DNA from: Eubacterium sp.
GTDB lineage: Bacteria; Bacillota; Clostridia; Peptostreptococcales; Anaerovoracaceae
Direction of reading: 5' to 3'
DNA length: 64,000 nt
NCBI GenBank assembly: GCA_017533915.1
Contig: JAFWHX010000002.1
Span: 55,064-119,063, forward strand
Part shown: positions 47,691 through 60,089 of the stretch, piece after piece
How the letters are laid out: each line of letters opens with the position of its first letter
Position numbering within the stretch: position 1 is the stretch's first letter
Program-made: the position numbers and the translations under genes
The notes under the pieces: generated by a model
Databases searched by the model: none
What the model was told of the DNA's origin: nothing
The model's input: the letters and a program-made list of their open reading frames with translations, nothing else

Positions 47691-47820
47691 GGCAATGTAG
47701 TCCACAGGAAGGACTTCCGCAGTGCCGGTTCTTAGTGAACACGAGCTTCAGCGAAATGCGAGCTTAGAACCGCTACACGAGGACTAAGCGCGAGCGGTCC
47801 TTCCTGTAGACTACATTACC
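47691..47820 (-). repeat. Unclassified structured intergenic element, copy 2
   Basis: The closing helix pairs GGCAATGTAGTCCACAGGAAGGAC with GTCCTTCCTGTAGACTACATTACC. It has the same core as copy 1 and the same orientation. Confidence 0.6.
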
Positions 47821-47827
47821 TTATAAG

Positions 47828-48939
47828 TTATAATTGCTTCAGCTCTTCGTTTATAAATATATCAATATCTCCGTCCATGACAGCCTGTACGTTTCCGGCT
47901 TCTGCGCCGGTCCTGTGGTCTTTCACAAGTGTGTAAGGCTGGAATACGTATGAACGTATCTGTGACCCCCACGTTATCTGCGAGAAGTCGCCTTTGATCT
48001 CCTTCAGTGTTTCTTTATGCTGCTGCTCTTTCAGGTCAGCAAGCCTGGAGATAAGGATCTTCATAGCCATATCTTTGTTCTGATGCTGGCTTCTCTCATT
48101 CTGACACGTTACTACGATGTTTGTCGGAATATGCGTGATACGGATCGCGGAGTCGGTCTTGTTTACGTGCTGTCCGCCCGCGCCTGAGCTTCTGTATGTG
48201 TCGATACGGAGGTCTTCCGGCTTTATCTCCACATCACCGACGTCATCCATCTCCGGCATGACCTCAAGCGCAGCAAACGATGTCTGCCGCTTTCCTGCCG
48301 CGTTGAACGGAGAGATCCTTACCAGCCTGTGCACGCCCTTCTCATGTTTGAGATAACCGTAAGCATTGGTCCCCTCGATGAAGAACGTTGCGCTTTTGAT
48401 CCCGGCTTCTGTATCGTCCTGGACGTCCACGACATCTACCTTGAACCCGTGGTTCTCAGCCCATCTCGTGTACATCCTGAGGAGCATCTCAGTCCAGTCC
48501 ATGGCGTCGACTCCTCCTGCTCCGGCATGCACCGAGAGCAGCGCGTTCTTGCGGTCGTACTTTCCGCTCAGCAAAGTCGTCACGCGGTAGCTGTCAAGCT
48601 TCTTCTTGAGCTGCTCAAATGATGAGATGATATCATCCGCCTCCTGCTCTGCCTCTTCAGTCTCGCCCTCAGCTTCCATCTCATCGCAAAGATCGAGCAG
48701 CTCCTCCAGATCCTCGAACTCGCCGAGCAGCTCCTCGTACGCCTTGATCTTATCATCTATAGCTTTTTTCTCCTGGAGCACTTTCTGGGCAGCATCAGAA
48801 TCTGTCCAGAAGTCGTCAGCCAGTGTCTTTTTGTTCAATTCTTCTGATTCACTTCTGAGACCTTCCAGGTCAAAGTGAATCACCTACCTCTATAAGGATC
48901 GCCTTCTTAGCCGGCAGATCCTGCTTGACCGGATCCAGT

Positions 48940-48947
<8 letters not shown>
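47828..48947 (-). CDS. prfB: Peptide chain release factor 2, with programmed +1 frameshift (join 48947..48873, 48871..47828)
   Basis: Frame 0 reads [25 protein letters not shown] and then stops at TGA within CTT TGA C (48875-48869). The +1 frame continues [11 protein letters not shown] into the 351-aa ORF, which carries SPF and [11 protein letters not shown]. Confidence 0.95.
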
Positions 48948-51732
<2,785 letters not shown>

Positions 51733-51767
51733 AAGTAGTATTTCCCCTTTCTATAATCAGTGAAGAA

Positions 51768-53054
51768 TCATTCTTCTTTCTGTTCTTCGTTTTCTGGTAC
51801 GTCTGTTACTTTAAGTATTATTTCCAGCGCCTTGCGATCATCGGCTTTAGTCACCTTGCCTGTGTATATCTTCTTTGATGACCTGTAGCTGAATGTGTCG
51901 CCGGCTTCCGGCAGCTTGTCTATCAGACGGACTATCCAGCCATTTACTGTGGTCGCTTCGCTCTCCTCATCTTCGTCATCGAAATAGTCGAACATCTTCT
52001 CTACGTTCGCTGACGCGAGCACGCGGTATGCGCCGTTCTGAAGCTTTGTTATCTCCTGCGACTCGACCTCCTCATGCTCGTCATAGATCTCGCCTACGAG
52101 CTCTTCGAGGATGTCTTCCATGGCGACAAGACCTGTAGTCCCGCCGTATTCATCTACTACGATCGCTATCTGGCACTTCCCTTTCTGCATTCGCTTCAGA
52201 AGCTCTGCCGCGCTCATCGATTCTCCTACGAATACCACGGGCTTGATGAAATCTGATACCGTCTTGTCCTTGTGATATATGTAATTGTGGAAATCTTTCT
52301 GGTTCAGCACTCCGAGAATGCTGTCAAGGTCATCCTTGTATACCGGAAGCCTTGAAAATCCGGTCTTCAGGAACTGCTCGGCGATCTCGTCTTCCGAAGA
52401 TGCGATGTCGATCGCTTCTATCTCGACCCTCGGCGTCAGCACGTCTTCAGCCTTAAGAGCATCAAACTCTATCGCGTTCTGAATGAGCTCGCTCTGGTCC
52501 GACTCCAGATTACCTGCAGTCTCTGCTTCCTCTACCATCGTGAGGATCTCATCCTCAGTTATCGAATCCTCGCCTTTGCGTCTGAATATCACGAACAAAA
52601 GCTTTTTCCACTGTGAGAATATCCAGTTGAACGGCGCAAATATCACCATGAGCACTGACAGTATCGGGGCAGAGAACATAGCAAAGCTTTCAGGACTGTC
52701 TTTTGCCAGATTCTTCGGCGATATCTCCCCGAAGATCAGGACCGTCACCGTCATCACAACAGTCGCTACCGTAGGCCCATAGCTTCCATACAGCGCCACA
52801 AAAAACACCGTAGCGATAGCGGTATTGGCGATATTCACAATATTATTTCCGATAAGGATGGTAGACAGCACCTTGTCGAACTCATCAACAAGATCAAGCA
52901 CCTTACGCGCTTTCTTATTGCCGTCATCAGCCATATTCTTAAGTTTTATCCTGTTAAGCGATGTGAACGCTGTTTCCGTCGCCGAGAAGTACGCCGACAG
53001 TATCAGCAGGATCACCATCGCCCCAACGTAGACCGCTATAGTCTGCGGATCCAT
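51768..53054 (-). CDS. CNNM/HlyC/CorC-family transporter (DUF21, CBS pair, CorC_HlyC domains)
   Basis: 428 aa. A 4-TM DUF21 N-terminus is followed by a CBS pair and a C-terminal transporter-associated domain. Confidence 0.9.
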   Translation of the reverse strand: MDPQTIAVYVGAMVILLILSAYFSATETAFTSLNRIKLKNMADDGNKKARKVLDLVDEFDKVLSTILIGNNIVNIANTAIATVFFVALYGSYGPTVATVVMTVTVLIFGEISPKNLAKDSPESFAMFSAPILSVLMVIFAPFNWIFSQWKKLLFVIFRRKGEDSITEDEILTMVEEAETAGNLESDQSELIQNAIEFDALKAEDVLTPRVEIEAIDIASSEDEIAEQFLKTGFSRLPVYKDDLDSILGVLNQKDFHNYIYHKDKTVSDFIKPVVFVGESMSAAELLKRMQKGKCQIAIVVDEYGGTTGLVAMEDILEELVGEIYDEHEEVESQEITKLQNGAYRVLASANVEKMFDYFDDEDEESEATTVNGWIVRLIDKLPEAGDTFSYRSSKKIYTGKVTKADDRKALEIILKVTDVPENEEQKEE

Positions 53055-53138
53055 ATTTATATAATCATCCTTTCTGTTTTTTCTATACGAGCTGCCCCGC
53101 AGCTTTCAGAACACATAATACACGAACTATATTAAGGA

Positions 53139-56100
53139 TCACTTAATGAGGCGCTCCAGTGTCGCAAACAAAGCTTCAGGCTCCACCGGCTTTGACAGAT
53201 GCGCGTTCAGGCCGGCCTGAAGACTCTTCTGCACGTCCTCGTCAAACGCATTTGCCGTAAGCGCGATGATCGGTATATCTTTCGCGTCAGCTCTTCCTGT
53301 CGCCCTGATAGCCTTAGTCGCCTCAAGTCCATCCATCTCAGGCATCCTCATATCCATGAGTATCGCATCGTAATATCCTTCCGGCTTGCTGCAGTAATCC
53401 TCCAGACAGATCTTTCCGTTCTCCGCATGATCTGTTTCCATACCTCTCATCGAGAGCAGCTCCTGCATGATCTCAGCGTTGACGATCATATCTTCCGCAA
53501 GAAGGATCTTCCTTCCGTTAAGATCAGCTTTATGCTCTTCTTTAGGGGCTTCATCGATCTTCTTCTGCAGAGCAGATTTGAATTCTTCGATGACATTCGA
53601 GGCGAACAGAGGCTTTGCAATGAAGCTGTCCACGCCGGCTTTGACCGCTTCGTCGATAACGTCATCCCAGTTGTATGCGGTAAGGATTATGATCGCTGAC
53701 TCTGTGCCTACCATATTCCTTATCTGTCTGGTCGTCTCGATGCCATCCATGCCCGGCATCTTCCAGTCAACCAGGATAAGGTTATACGGCTCCTGCCTTG
53801 CCTGGTGCACCTTTACCATCTCGATCGCTTCTTCGCCTGACATTGCTGTCTCAACGGAAATGCCCACGCTGTCAAGAACGATCCTTGCGTGCTCACATGC
53901 CACCCTGTCGTCATCAATAACGAGCACAGACATGTCGCTGGTACTTACCTCGATGCCGTTCTTCCCGTCCCATGTCCGGTCAGAATCAGTAAGTGTCACC
54001 GTCACAGTGAACGTAGAGCCCTTTCCTTTTTCGGACTCCACACTTATACTGCCGTTCATCATCTCTATGATGCTCTTCGTGATCGCCATGCCAAGGCCGG
54101 TACTTCCGTATTTGCTCGTTACAGTCGAGTCTTCCTGGCTGAAGGTGTCAAACAGCTTAGGTATGAATTCCCTATCCATTCCGATACCTGTGTCAGACAT
54201 CACGAATCTGAGAGATGTTTTTCCGTCGAATGAGTTTATCTTTTCGACCGTGAGATCGACATGCCCGCCTTTCGGCGTGAATTTTACAGAATTGCCCAGG
54301 ATATTGATGAGCACCTGCTTGAGCTTCATATCGTCGCCGATATAGTAATCGTCGATCTTATTCAGAGCTCTGCATTCATATGTCAGCCCCTTCTCTGTGC
54401 ACTGACCATTTATTATCGTGTTGACCTGTTCCAGGAGCCTTGAGAATGAGAATTCTTCGTTCTTGAGGATAAGCCTTCCTGCCTCGATCCTGGATATATC
54501 AAGTATATTGTTTATGAGTCCAAGCAGATGATGTGCAGACCCGTCTATCTTCTCCAGATAATCCCTTGTCTTATCTGAGATGTCCGGATCGCTCAGCGCA
54601 ATGTTATCCAGACCGATTATGGCATTCATAGGGGTCCTGATCTCATGGCTCATATTCGAAAGGAATGCCGTCTTGGCTTTGCTCGCATCCTCTGCTGCAG
54701 CAAGGGCATCAGAAAGGGCCTGGCTCTGAGCCATATCCTCACGCATCTCCTCATCCACGTCTGTGAAGCCGACGCCTATGGCGTGAACGATATGATCGTC
54801 TCTGTCCTGTGGATGACGGACCCCTGCCATACGGAGCATCTCATAGCGTTCTTTTCCGTCGCGTATAGTAAGGTATCTGTATACCATTATCGATTCCGTC
54901 ATAAGACGTTTCCTGATCTCATCCACACTGATAAATTTCAGGAAGCCATCTCTGTAATTCTCAGCGACATACTTTTCGCCATAATCACGGAAAGCTTCTT
55001 CGAATTTAAAATGTTCGCCATCCGGGTTTATATCCAGTTCAGGAGAAACAGATCTGTAGCATATTCCCTCGTCCTGATCGATATCAACGTAGTAAACGCT
55101 TCTGTAGTCAGAAGCCATCGCAGTTATCATCTTATCCTGCTGTACACGTTTCTTTTCCTGCGCGAGCAGTTTGTCCTGGAGCTCGATGCGCTGCTGCATT
55201 TCTTCCTGCTTCACACGGCTCTCGGCTTCGATCTTCTCTTTCTCAAGCTGTGCCCTCGCGCTCCTTCTCGTCTGATGTATTATGAAGATGAACAGAGCAA
55301 GCATTACAAGCGTTATGAACAGCGTCATCATGAGACTCTGCTGCGCGATCCTGTCGGAGATCCCGCTGACCTGTTCGCTTATCACGCTTTCACGGATAAG
55401 GTAAGTCAGCATCCAGTCAGTACCTTCGACCGGAACATAGTCAAGTGATTCATATATTCCGTTATACGTGAAAGAAACTATGCCTTTACGTCCGTTACTG
55501 AAGTCGTCCTCAACCTGCTCGTAAGTATAACCGTCCGCGTACTCCGCATGTTCCAGAGCGTCAAGAAGATTATCCTCTGCGGCAAGACCGCCCAGGACCA
55601 TCTTGGTCAGCGGTTCGCCGTTTCTGTCATAAATATTGCAGAATGTAGTCTCATTTGCATCTGACTGCAGCGACAGGCCGCGAAGCATCGTCTCCATATC
55701 GATCTCGATAAAAGACGCGACCAGCTCGTGTCCCTGTAAAGACGTCCCTTCTACCGGGACAGCTATAATGACTTTGTTTTCTCCATCCTCTTCGATCACA
55801 GAGATCTCCGGCTCCGATATCGTCTTGTAGTCGAATGTATACTTGTCGATATCGTCCAGCTTGCCGTCAGCAGTATATATCATGCCGCTGCTGTCGACAA
55901 AAGCGAACTTCTCCAGATCGTACATCGTCCTCATTCGAGACTGGAGCTCCTGAAGATGTTCTTCGTCTACCAGGTCTTCTTCAGTGATCAGAGATATGGC
56001 GGCCTGCATATTGGATATATAGTTTTCCATATTAGTCGCCACGACCTGCTCACGTCTTCCCGCAAGTTCATCCATGAAGAACACGCTGACAGCGCGTACA

Positions 56101-56282
56101 GCTTCATCATTAGCTACACGTGCATTTCTCCCCATCCACAGAGTCCCCGCGACGACCATCGCGGCAACGATCATCGAGACAAGTATGACTAATCTCAGTG
56201 TACGTCTGTTTTCTGATTCACGCATGATGCTTAAGCCTCTTTTCATTCTTATGCATAACCTGATATGCACATAATTACTCAA
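53139..56282 (-). CDS. Hybrid sensor histidine kinase with an extracytoplasmic sensor, PAS-like region, HisKA/HATPase and two receiver domains (start may be an internal Met near 56225)
   Basis: H-box FLSNMSHEIRTPMNAIIG; N and G boxes (NSVKFT, DTGIGM, GTGLGM). Receiver aspartates sit in LILVDWKMPGMDG and AILMDMRMPEMDG. Confidence 0.9.
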   Translation of the reverse strand: MSNYVHIRLCIRMKRGLSIMRESENRRTLRLVILVSMIVAAMVVAGTLWMGRNARVANDEAVRAVSVFFMDELAGRREQVVATNMENYISNMQAAISLITEEDLVDEEHLQELQSRMRTMYDLEKFAFVDSSGMIYTADGKLDDIDKYTFDYKTISEPEISVIEEDGENKVIIAVPVEGTSLQGHELVASFIEIDMETMLRGLSLQSDANETTFCNIYDRNGEPLTKMVLGGLAAEDNLLDALEHAEYADGYTYEQVEDDFSNGRKGIVSFTYNGIYESLDYVPVEGTDWMLTYLIRESVISEQVSGISDRIAQQSLMMTLFITLVMLALFIFIIHQTRRSARAQLEKEKIEAESRVKQEEMQQRIELQDKLLAQEKKRVQQDKMITAMASDYRSVYYVDIDQDEGICYRSVSPELDINPDGEHFKFEEAFRDYGEKYVAENYRDGFLKFISVDEIRKRLMTESIMVYRYLTIRDGKERYEMLRMAGVRHPQDRDDHIVHAIGVGFTDVDEEMREDMAQSQALSDALAAAEDASKAKTAFLSNMSHEIRTPMNAIIGLDNIALSDPDISDKTRDYLEKIDGSAHHLLGLINNILDISRIEAGRLILKNEEFSFSRLLEQVNTIINGQCTEKGLTYECRALNKIDDYYIGDDMKLKQVLINILGNSVKFTPKGGHVDLTVEKINSFDGKTSLRFVMSDTGIGMDREFIPKLFDTFSQEDSTVTSKYGSTGLGMAITKSIIEMMNGSISVESEKGKGSTFTVTVTLTDSDRTWDGKNGIEVSTSDMSVLVIDDDRVACEHARIVLDSVGISVETAMSGEEAIEMVKVHQARQEPYNLILVDWKMPGMDGIETTRQIRNMVGTESAIIILTAYNWDDVIDEAVKAGVDSFIAKPLFASNVIEEFKSALQKKIDEAPKEEHKADLNGRKILLAEDMIVNAEIMQELLSMRGMETDHAENGKICLEDYCSKPEGYYDAILMDMRMPEMDGLEATKAIRATGRADAKDIPIIALTANAFDEDVQKSLQAGLNAHLSKPVEPEALFATLERLIK

Positions 56283-56457
56283 TATTAATTATACCAAAAA
56301 ACAGCGATATTGTCAGCGTTATCTTTGACATATACCGGCAAACAGGTTTACAATTGCTTTATAGATCAGACAGATGGTTTACACTTAAGATCAGGGGCAT
56401 TTTTCTGCTGTGCCCCGCCTATATAAATGACAGAACTGTCTTAACGGGGTGGTCAAT

Positions 56458-57489
56458 ATGTCAACCAAGTCATTATTGCTGAAGCTGTTGTCAGACAATG
56501 CCGGACATTTTGTTTCAGGCGAGAAGATCGGTGAAGTACTAGGCGTTTCAAGAACCGCTGTGAACAAAGCCTGCGCCGCTCTCCGAAAAGAGGGCTATCT
56601 CATCGAGAGCAGAACCAACAAAGGCTATATGCTGTCCGAGCACGGCACGCTTCTTACAGTAGACGGCACGCAGGCATATGTAAATATCCCCTGCTCGCTT
56701 GAAGTATATGATGTCGTCACTTCCACTAATGAAGTCGCAAAGACAGTGGAATCAGACGCGCTGTTCCGCCCGCTCGTCATCATCGCAGACAAGCAGACTG
56801 CAGGTAAAGGCCGTCTTGGAAGACGCTTTGAATCGCCTGCGGGTGCCGGTCTCTATATGTCATTTGTGCTGAAGCCTGATTTTGATATAAGGAAATCGCT
56901 CTACGTGACCATGGCTGCCGCAGTCGGAACATGCCGCGCGATCGAAAACGTGACTGGACACCATCCCGGGATCAAGTGGGTGAATGACCTGTACTTAGGC
57001 AGCAAAAAGATCTGCGGCATTCTGACCGAAGCCCGGTCCGATCTTGAGACCGGCACGGTAGACAGACTGATAACCGGGATCGGCGTAAACTGTTATCCTG
57101 GGAGTTTTCCTCCTGATGTCAGCGCGATAGCCGGCTCCATTGCTAATGATCCTGCAGAATTCGCCCGCGAGGTACTCGCCGCAGACATGATAAATGAGAT
57201 CCTTCCATTGATAACCAGGCCTGATACCTCCTCGTTTCTGGATGAATACCGCGAGAGATGCTTCATCCTTGGCAAGGAAATAAAGATCCATCCTTCATAT
57301 AATGATGCCGGGATACGGGCACGCGCGATCGACATCGCCGACGACGGCGGTCTGCTTGTCGAATATCTTGAAGACGCAAAAGCAAGCGATCTTCTCACCG
57401 CTTCCGGATCAGCCGCAGACATCCTCAGAAGAGCAAAAGCCGGTACAGAGGACATCCTCCATACCGGCGAGATATCGATATCTCTATAA
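56458..57489 (+). CDS. birA: Bifunctional biotin-protein ligase / repressor BirA (N-terminal HTH present)
   Basis: HTH region LLKLLSDNAGHFVSGEKIGEVLGVSRTAVNKACAALRKEG. The ligase motif is QTAGKGRLGRRFESP. RBS GGGGTGG. Confidence 0.9.
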   Translation: MSTKSLLLKLLSDNAGHFVSGEKIGEVLGVSRTAVNKACAALRKEGYLIESRTNKGYMLSEHGTLLTVDGTQAYVNIPCSLEVYDVVTSTNEVAKTVESDALFRPLVIIADKQTAGKGRLGRRFESPAGAGLYMSFVLKPDFDIRKSLYVTMAAAVGTCRAIENVTGHHPGIKWVNDLYLGSKKICGILTEARSDLETGTVDRLITGIGVNCYPGSFPPDVSAIAGSIANDPAEFAREVLAADMINEILPLITRPDTSSFLDEYRERCFILGKEIKIHPSYNDAGIRARAIDIADDGGLLVEYLEDAKASDLLTASGSAADILRRAKAGTEDILHTGEISISL

Positions 57490-59193
57490 TACTGCTTTTT
57501 TCAGACGCTCTCGTTCTTCCTCCTTCAGCGGCCTGAACCTTTCAGCCGCCCCCATATCTTCCTCCGCATGCTCTGGATCGCCTGTCGAAGCGATACATGT
57601 AACGACGAATGGGAACGAAAGGACGTATCTCAGCGCCCAGTCGACCGCGCTGTGAGGAGCGGCATCCTGCTTGAGCAGTGCATATCCTGCCATAGTCTTC
57701 CGCAGGACATCTTGATCTATTTGTTCACCAGACTGCTCCGGCACTTCAAGCTTTCGGAGCGTTTTTTCATCTGGCTTTGCAAGCTCTCCTCCGGCAAACG
57801 GGCTCCTCACGAGTATCTCCTTGTATCTGCGGCGTGATATAGTATAGTATTTCTGCGCCAGATCTCCTTCAGAAAATCCCATCTTGTAATTCACCGGAAG
57901 CTCTACATACTCGATCTCCTGACGGTTTTTCAGCAGGTCGTCGAGAAGCGTCGCGGATCCGCTGAACGCAAGGCCGCCTTTCTTGATCATCCCGGTCTTC
58001 TTCAGCCTCCCGAGCTCAGTCCATACTGCCTCCAGCTCAGCGCTCACCGGTCTTCCGGATTCCTCTTCAGGACCGTCTATCCGCTTGTCTGCAAGTGTCT
58101 CTGGCTCTATATTCTCATCTTCCGGATAGTTCTCATAGTATCTCTCTATGCCGCAGACAGCGAGCCTGTCCAGGTATCCTGCTCCGGACTTCCTGATCAA
58201 AGTCTCCGCCTCTGCGAGCATGCTCGCATCGACGATCGCTGTGAGATAGTATCTTTTCCTGTCGTATCTCTTTACGAGCGCGCCTCGCAAAGCCTTAAGC
58301 TTCCTCTCAATGCCCGTTACATACAGATCCTCTTTCTGATCCTGCTGCGCCTCTGAATCATCCATCTGCTGCCTGAACTCATCCGGCCATGCCAGGAACT
58401 CCAGCTCAAAGTATCCGTGTCCCTTTTTCATCTGTGTATCGATCAGGGCTCTCGTCGCTTTGTGATCTATCTGTGCCGGCTTTGTGCCAGGAATGCTTTG
58501 ATGCCTCTCTGCCGCACGGCCGCGAAGAGGAAGTCTGTACAAGCCGAGTCCGAGCCGGCCTATGTCGTTGATCTTGCTGTACATGAATGGATCACTGTCC
58601 TGGAAGTCGACAGCATAGCCAAACCCCGGTTCAGGAAGCCAGTCCCACATCGAGCCGCAGACCGCCGGAAAAAGCTTTTCCATTATGCACGCGATCACGC
58701 CGCCGTGGCATACGACGACCGATACTGCATCCTGTCCGCCGTGCCTATGCGACCATTCCTTCAGACGGTGCTTTCCAAGCAGTATTTTCAGGCCTTTACC
58801 GATCCTTTCATGGAACTCATTCGCTGTTTCCGCGTCATCTACGATCCTGATGTCGCCCGTCGTGTCCCACGCCCATTTATCAAAATTCTCGAACTGCTTC
58901 AGATCGTCATATGTCATGCATTCCGCTTTACCGAAATCGATCTCCTGCAGTTCAGAGATCTCACTATGGTCACGCTTACCGTAAATCGCCTCAAGCGTCT
59001 GATCCGTACGGATCAGCCCCGTCGTATAAAAATCAGCATCCTCCGGGATCTCCGGATAGATGCCTTGTTCCGCGTACGCGCGTATCTCCGCCTCGCCCGC
59101 TTCTGTTAATGAAAGGTCTGTGGATCCGTAGTACCAGTGGTTGCGGTTGCCGTCAGTCCTTCCGTGCCGTATGAGATATATTCTGGATAACAT
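57484..59193 (-). CDS. Fusion protein: histidine phosphatase (CobC/alpha-ribazole phosphatase-like) N-domain plus a degenerate aldo/keto-reductase-like C-domain
   Basis: The N-terminus has RHGRTDGN (the RHG phosphohistidine motif) and a later HGG. The C-terminal ~370 aa follow AKR landmarks loosely (IGRLGLGLYRL, YLDRLAVCGIE, SPFAGGEL, FPFVVTCIASTGDPEHAEEDM). It is the last gene of the cob cluster. Confidence 0.7.
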   Translation of the reverse strand: MLSRIYLIRHGRTDGNRNHWYYGSTDLSLTEAGEAEIRAYAEQGIYPEIPEDADFYTTGLIRTDQTLEAIYGKRDHSEISELQEIDFGKAECMTYDDLKQFENFDKWAWDTTGDIRIVDDAETANEFHERIGKGLKILLGKHRLKEWSHRHGGQDAVSVVVCHGGVIACIMEKLFPAVCGSMWDWLPEPGFGYAVDFQDSDPFMYSKINDIGRLGLGLYRLPLRGRAAERHQSIPGTKPAQIDHKATRALIDTQMKKGHGYFELEFLAWPDEFRQQMDDSEAQQDQKEDLYVTGIERKLKALRGALVKRYDRKRYYLTAIVDASMLAEAETLIRKSGAGYLDRLAVCGIERYYENYPEDENIEPETLADKRIDGPEEESGRPVSAELEAVWTELGRLKKTGMIKKGGLAFSGSATLLDDLLKNRQEIEYVELPVNYKMGFSEGDLAQKYYTISRRRYKEILVRSPFAGGELAKPDEKTLRKLEVPEQSGEQIDQDVLRKTMAGYALLKQDAAPHSAVDWALRYVLSFPFVVTCIASTGDPEHAEEDMGAAERFRPLKEEERERLKKAVL

Positions 59194-59224
59194 ATATACT
59201 TTGCCTCTTTGTGATCACTGCTCC

Positions 59225-60013
59225 CTATTCCCCGCCGTTATCTTTTTGAGCCGCTTCTTTTTCCGCGGCTTCTTTTGCTGCTTTCTCTTTTGCCGCTTTA
59301 CGCTCCGCTTTCATCTTCTCGAAATTGATACGGAACTGTTCTTCCGGTGTCAGTCCGCCCTCTTCAGCGTTACCGAAATCAAAATGCTCGAAGGGGTTCG
59401 CTCCCGGCATACCGAAAGGTGTTCTAGGCGCCGGACCCTGTCCGCGCCCGCCGGTGCTGTGCGGCTTATCTGCCGCTGCTTCAGGCTTTGATCCTTCTGT
59501 CTTAGGTTCAGGCTTTGATGTATCTGAGTATGCCGCAGCTTCAGGCCTGACCGCCCCGTTCGCTTCTGATGCAAATACCGCCTCGAGACCATCGATTTTT
59601 GGCGCAGGCTTTTCTTCTGCCGACTCATCTTTCAGCACCACAGGGATCCCGCAGAATACGCGGACAACCTTATCTGCCTGCTGCGCGACTTTTACCATAG
59701 TGCGCCCGACGCCCTCGCGCCATGCGCGCTCAGTCTTATCCATAGGCACGATGCCCTGCGATATGTCGTCGCAGATTATGATGCGCCCTTTATATCTGTT
59801 CGCACGGAGCTGCATGCCGACCGCCCTCTCCGGAACCTGTCCTGCCTTTATCAGAGCAAGAATATACCGTTCGAAATGGTCTACGATCTTCTCATCAAAA
59901 CCGACTGCCGTACTTCCCTCTTCACATGTGAAGACGTCTGCGTCCGTCAGTCCATACTCCTCTTTTGCATAGTCAAGCTTTCCCTGATACGCCCCGCCTA
60001 TTATCAAAACCAT
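59225..60013 (-). CDS. CobU-family paralog with a degenerate P-loop and an Ala/Glu/Lys/Pro-rich C-terminal tail
   Basis: The N-terminus IIGGAYQGKLDYAKE replaces GGxxSGKS. The CobU-like core is IICDDISQGIVPMDKTERAWREGVGR...ADKVVRVFCGIPVVLK. The last ~125 aa are low complexity. Confidence 0.6.
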   Translation of the reverse strand: MVLIIGGAYQGKLDYAKEEYGLTDADVFTCEEGSTAVGFDEKIVDHFERYILALIKAGQVPERAVGMQLRANRYKGRIIICDDISQGIVPMDKTERAWREGVGRTMVKVAQQADKVVRVFCGIPVVLKDESAEEKPAPKIDGLEAVFASEANGAVRPEAAAYSDTSKPEPKTEGSKPEAAADKPHSTGGRGQGPAPRTPFGMPGANPFEHFDFGNAEEGGLTPEEQFRINFEKMKAERKAAKEKAAKEAAEKEAAQKDNGGE

Positions 60014-60089
60014 GTCTTTTTCTCCCGTTAACGTTTACTGTTGTATACATATGAGCATGCTGTGGTGGATATGCTGCAGACCCTGCTCT

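Noticed and set aside
56325-56457. BirA operator upstream of birA
   Set aside because: Two GGTTTACA boxes (56345-56352 and 56376-56383) resemble BirA half-sites. The first overlaps a TTGACA-18nt-TACAAT promoter. However, they are direct rather than inverted, and no TGTAAACC partner lies at the expected spacing. This is not enough to call an operator.
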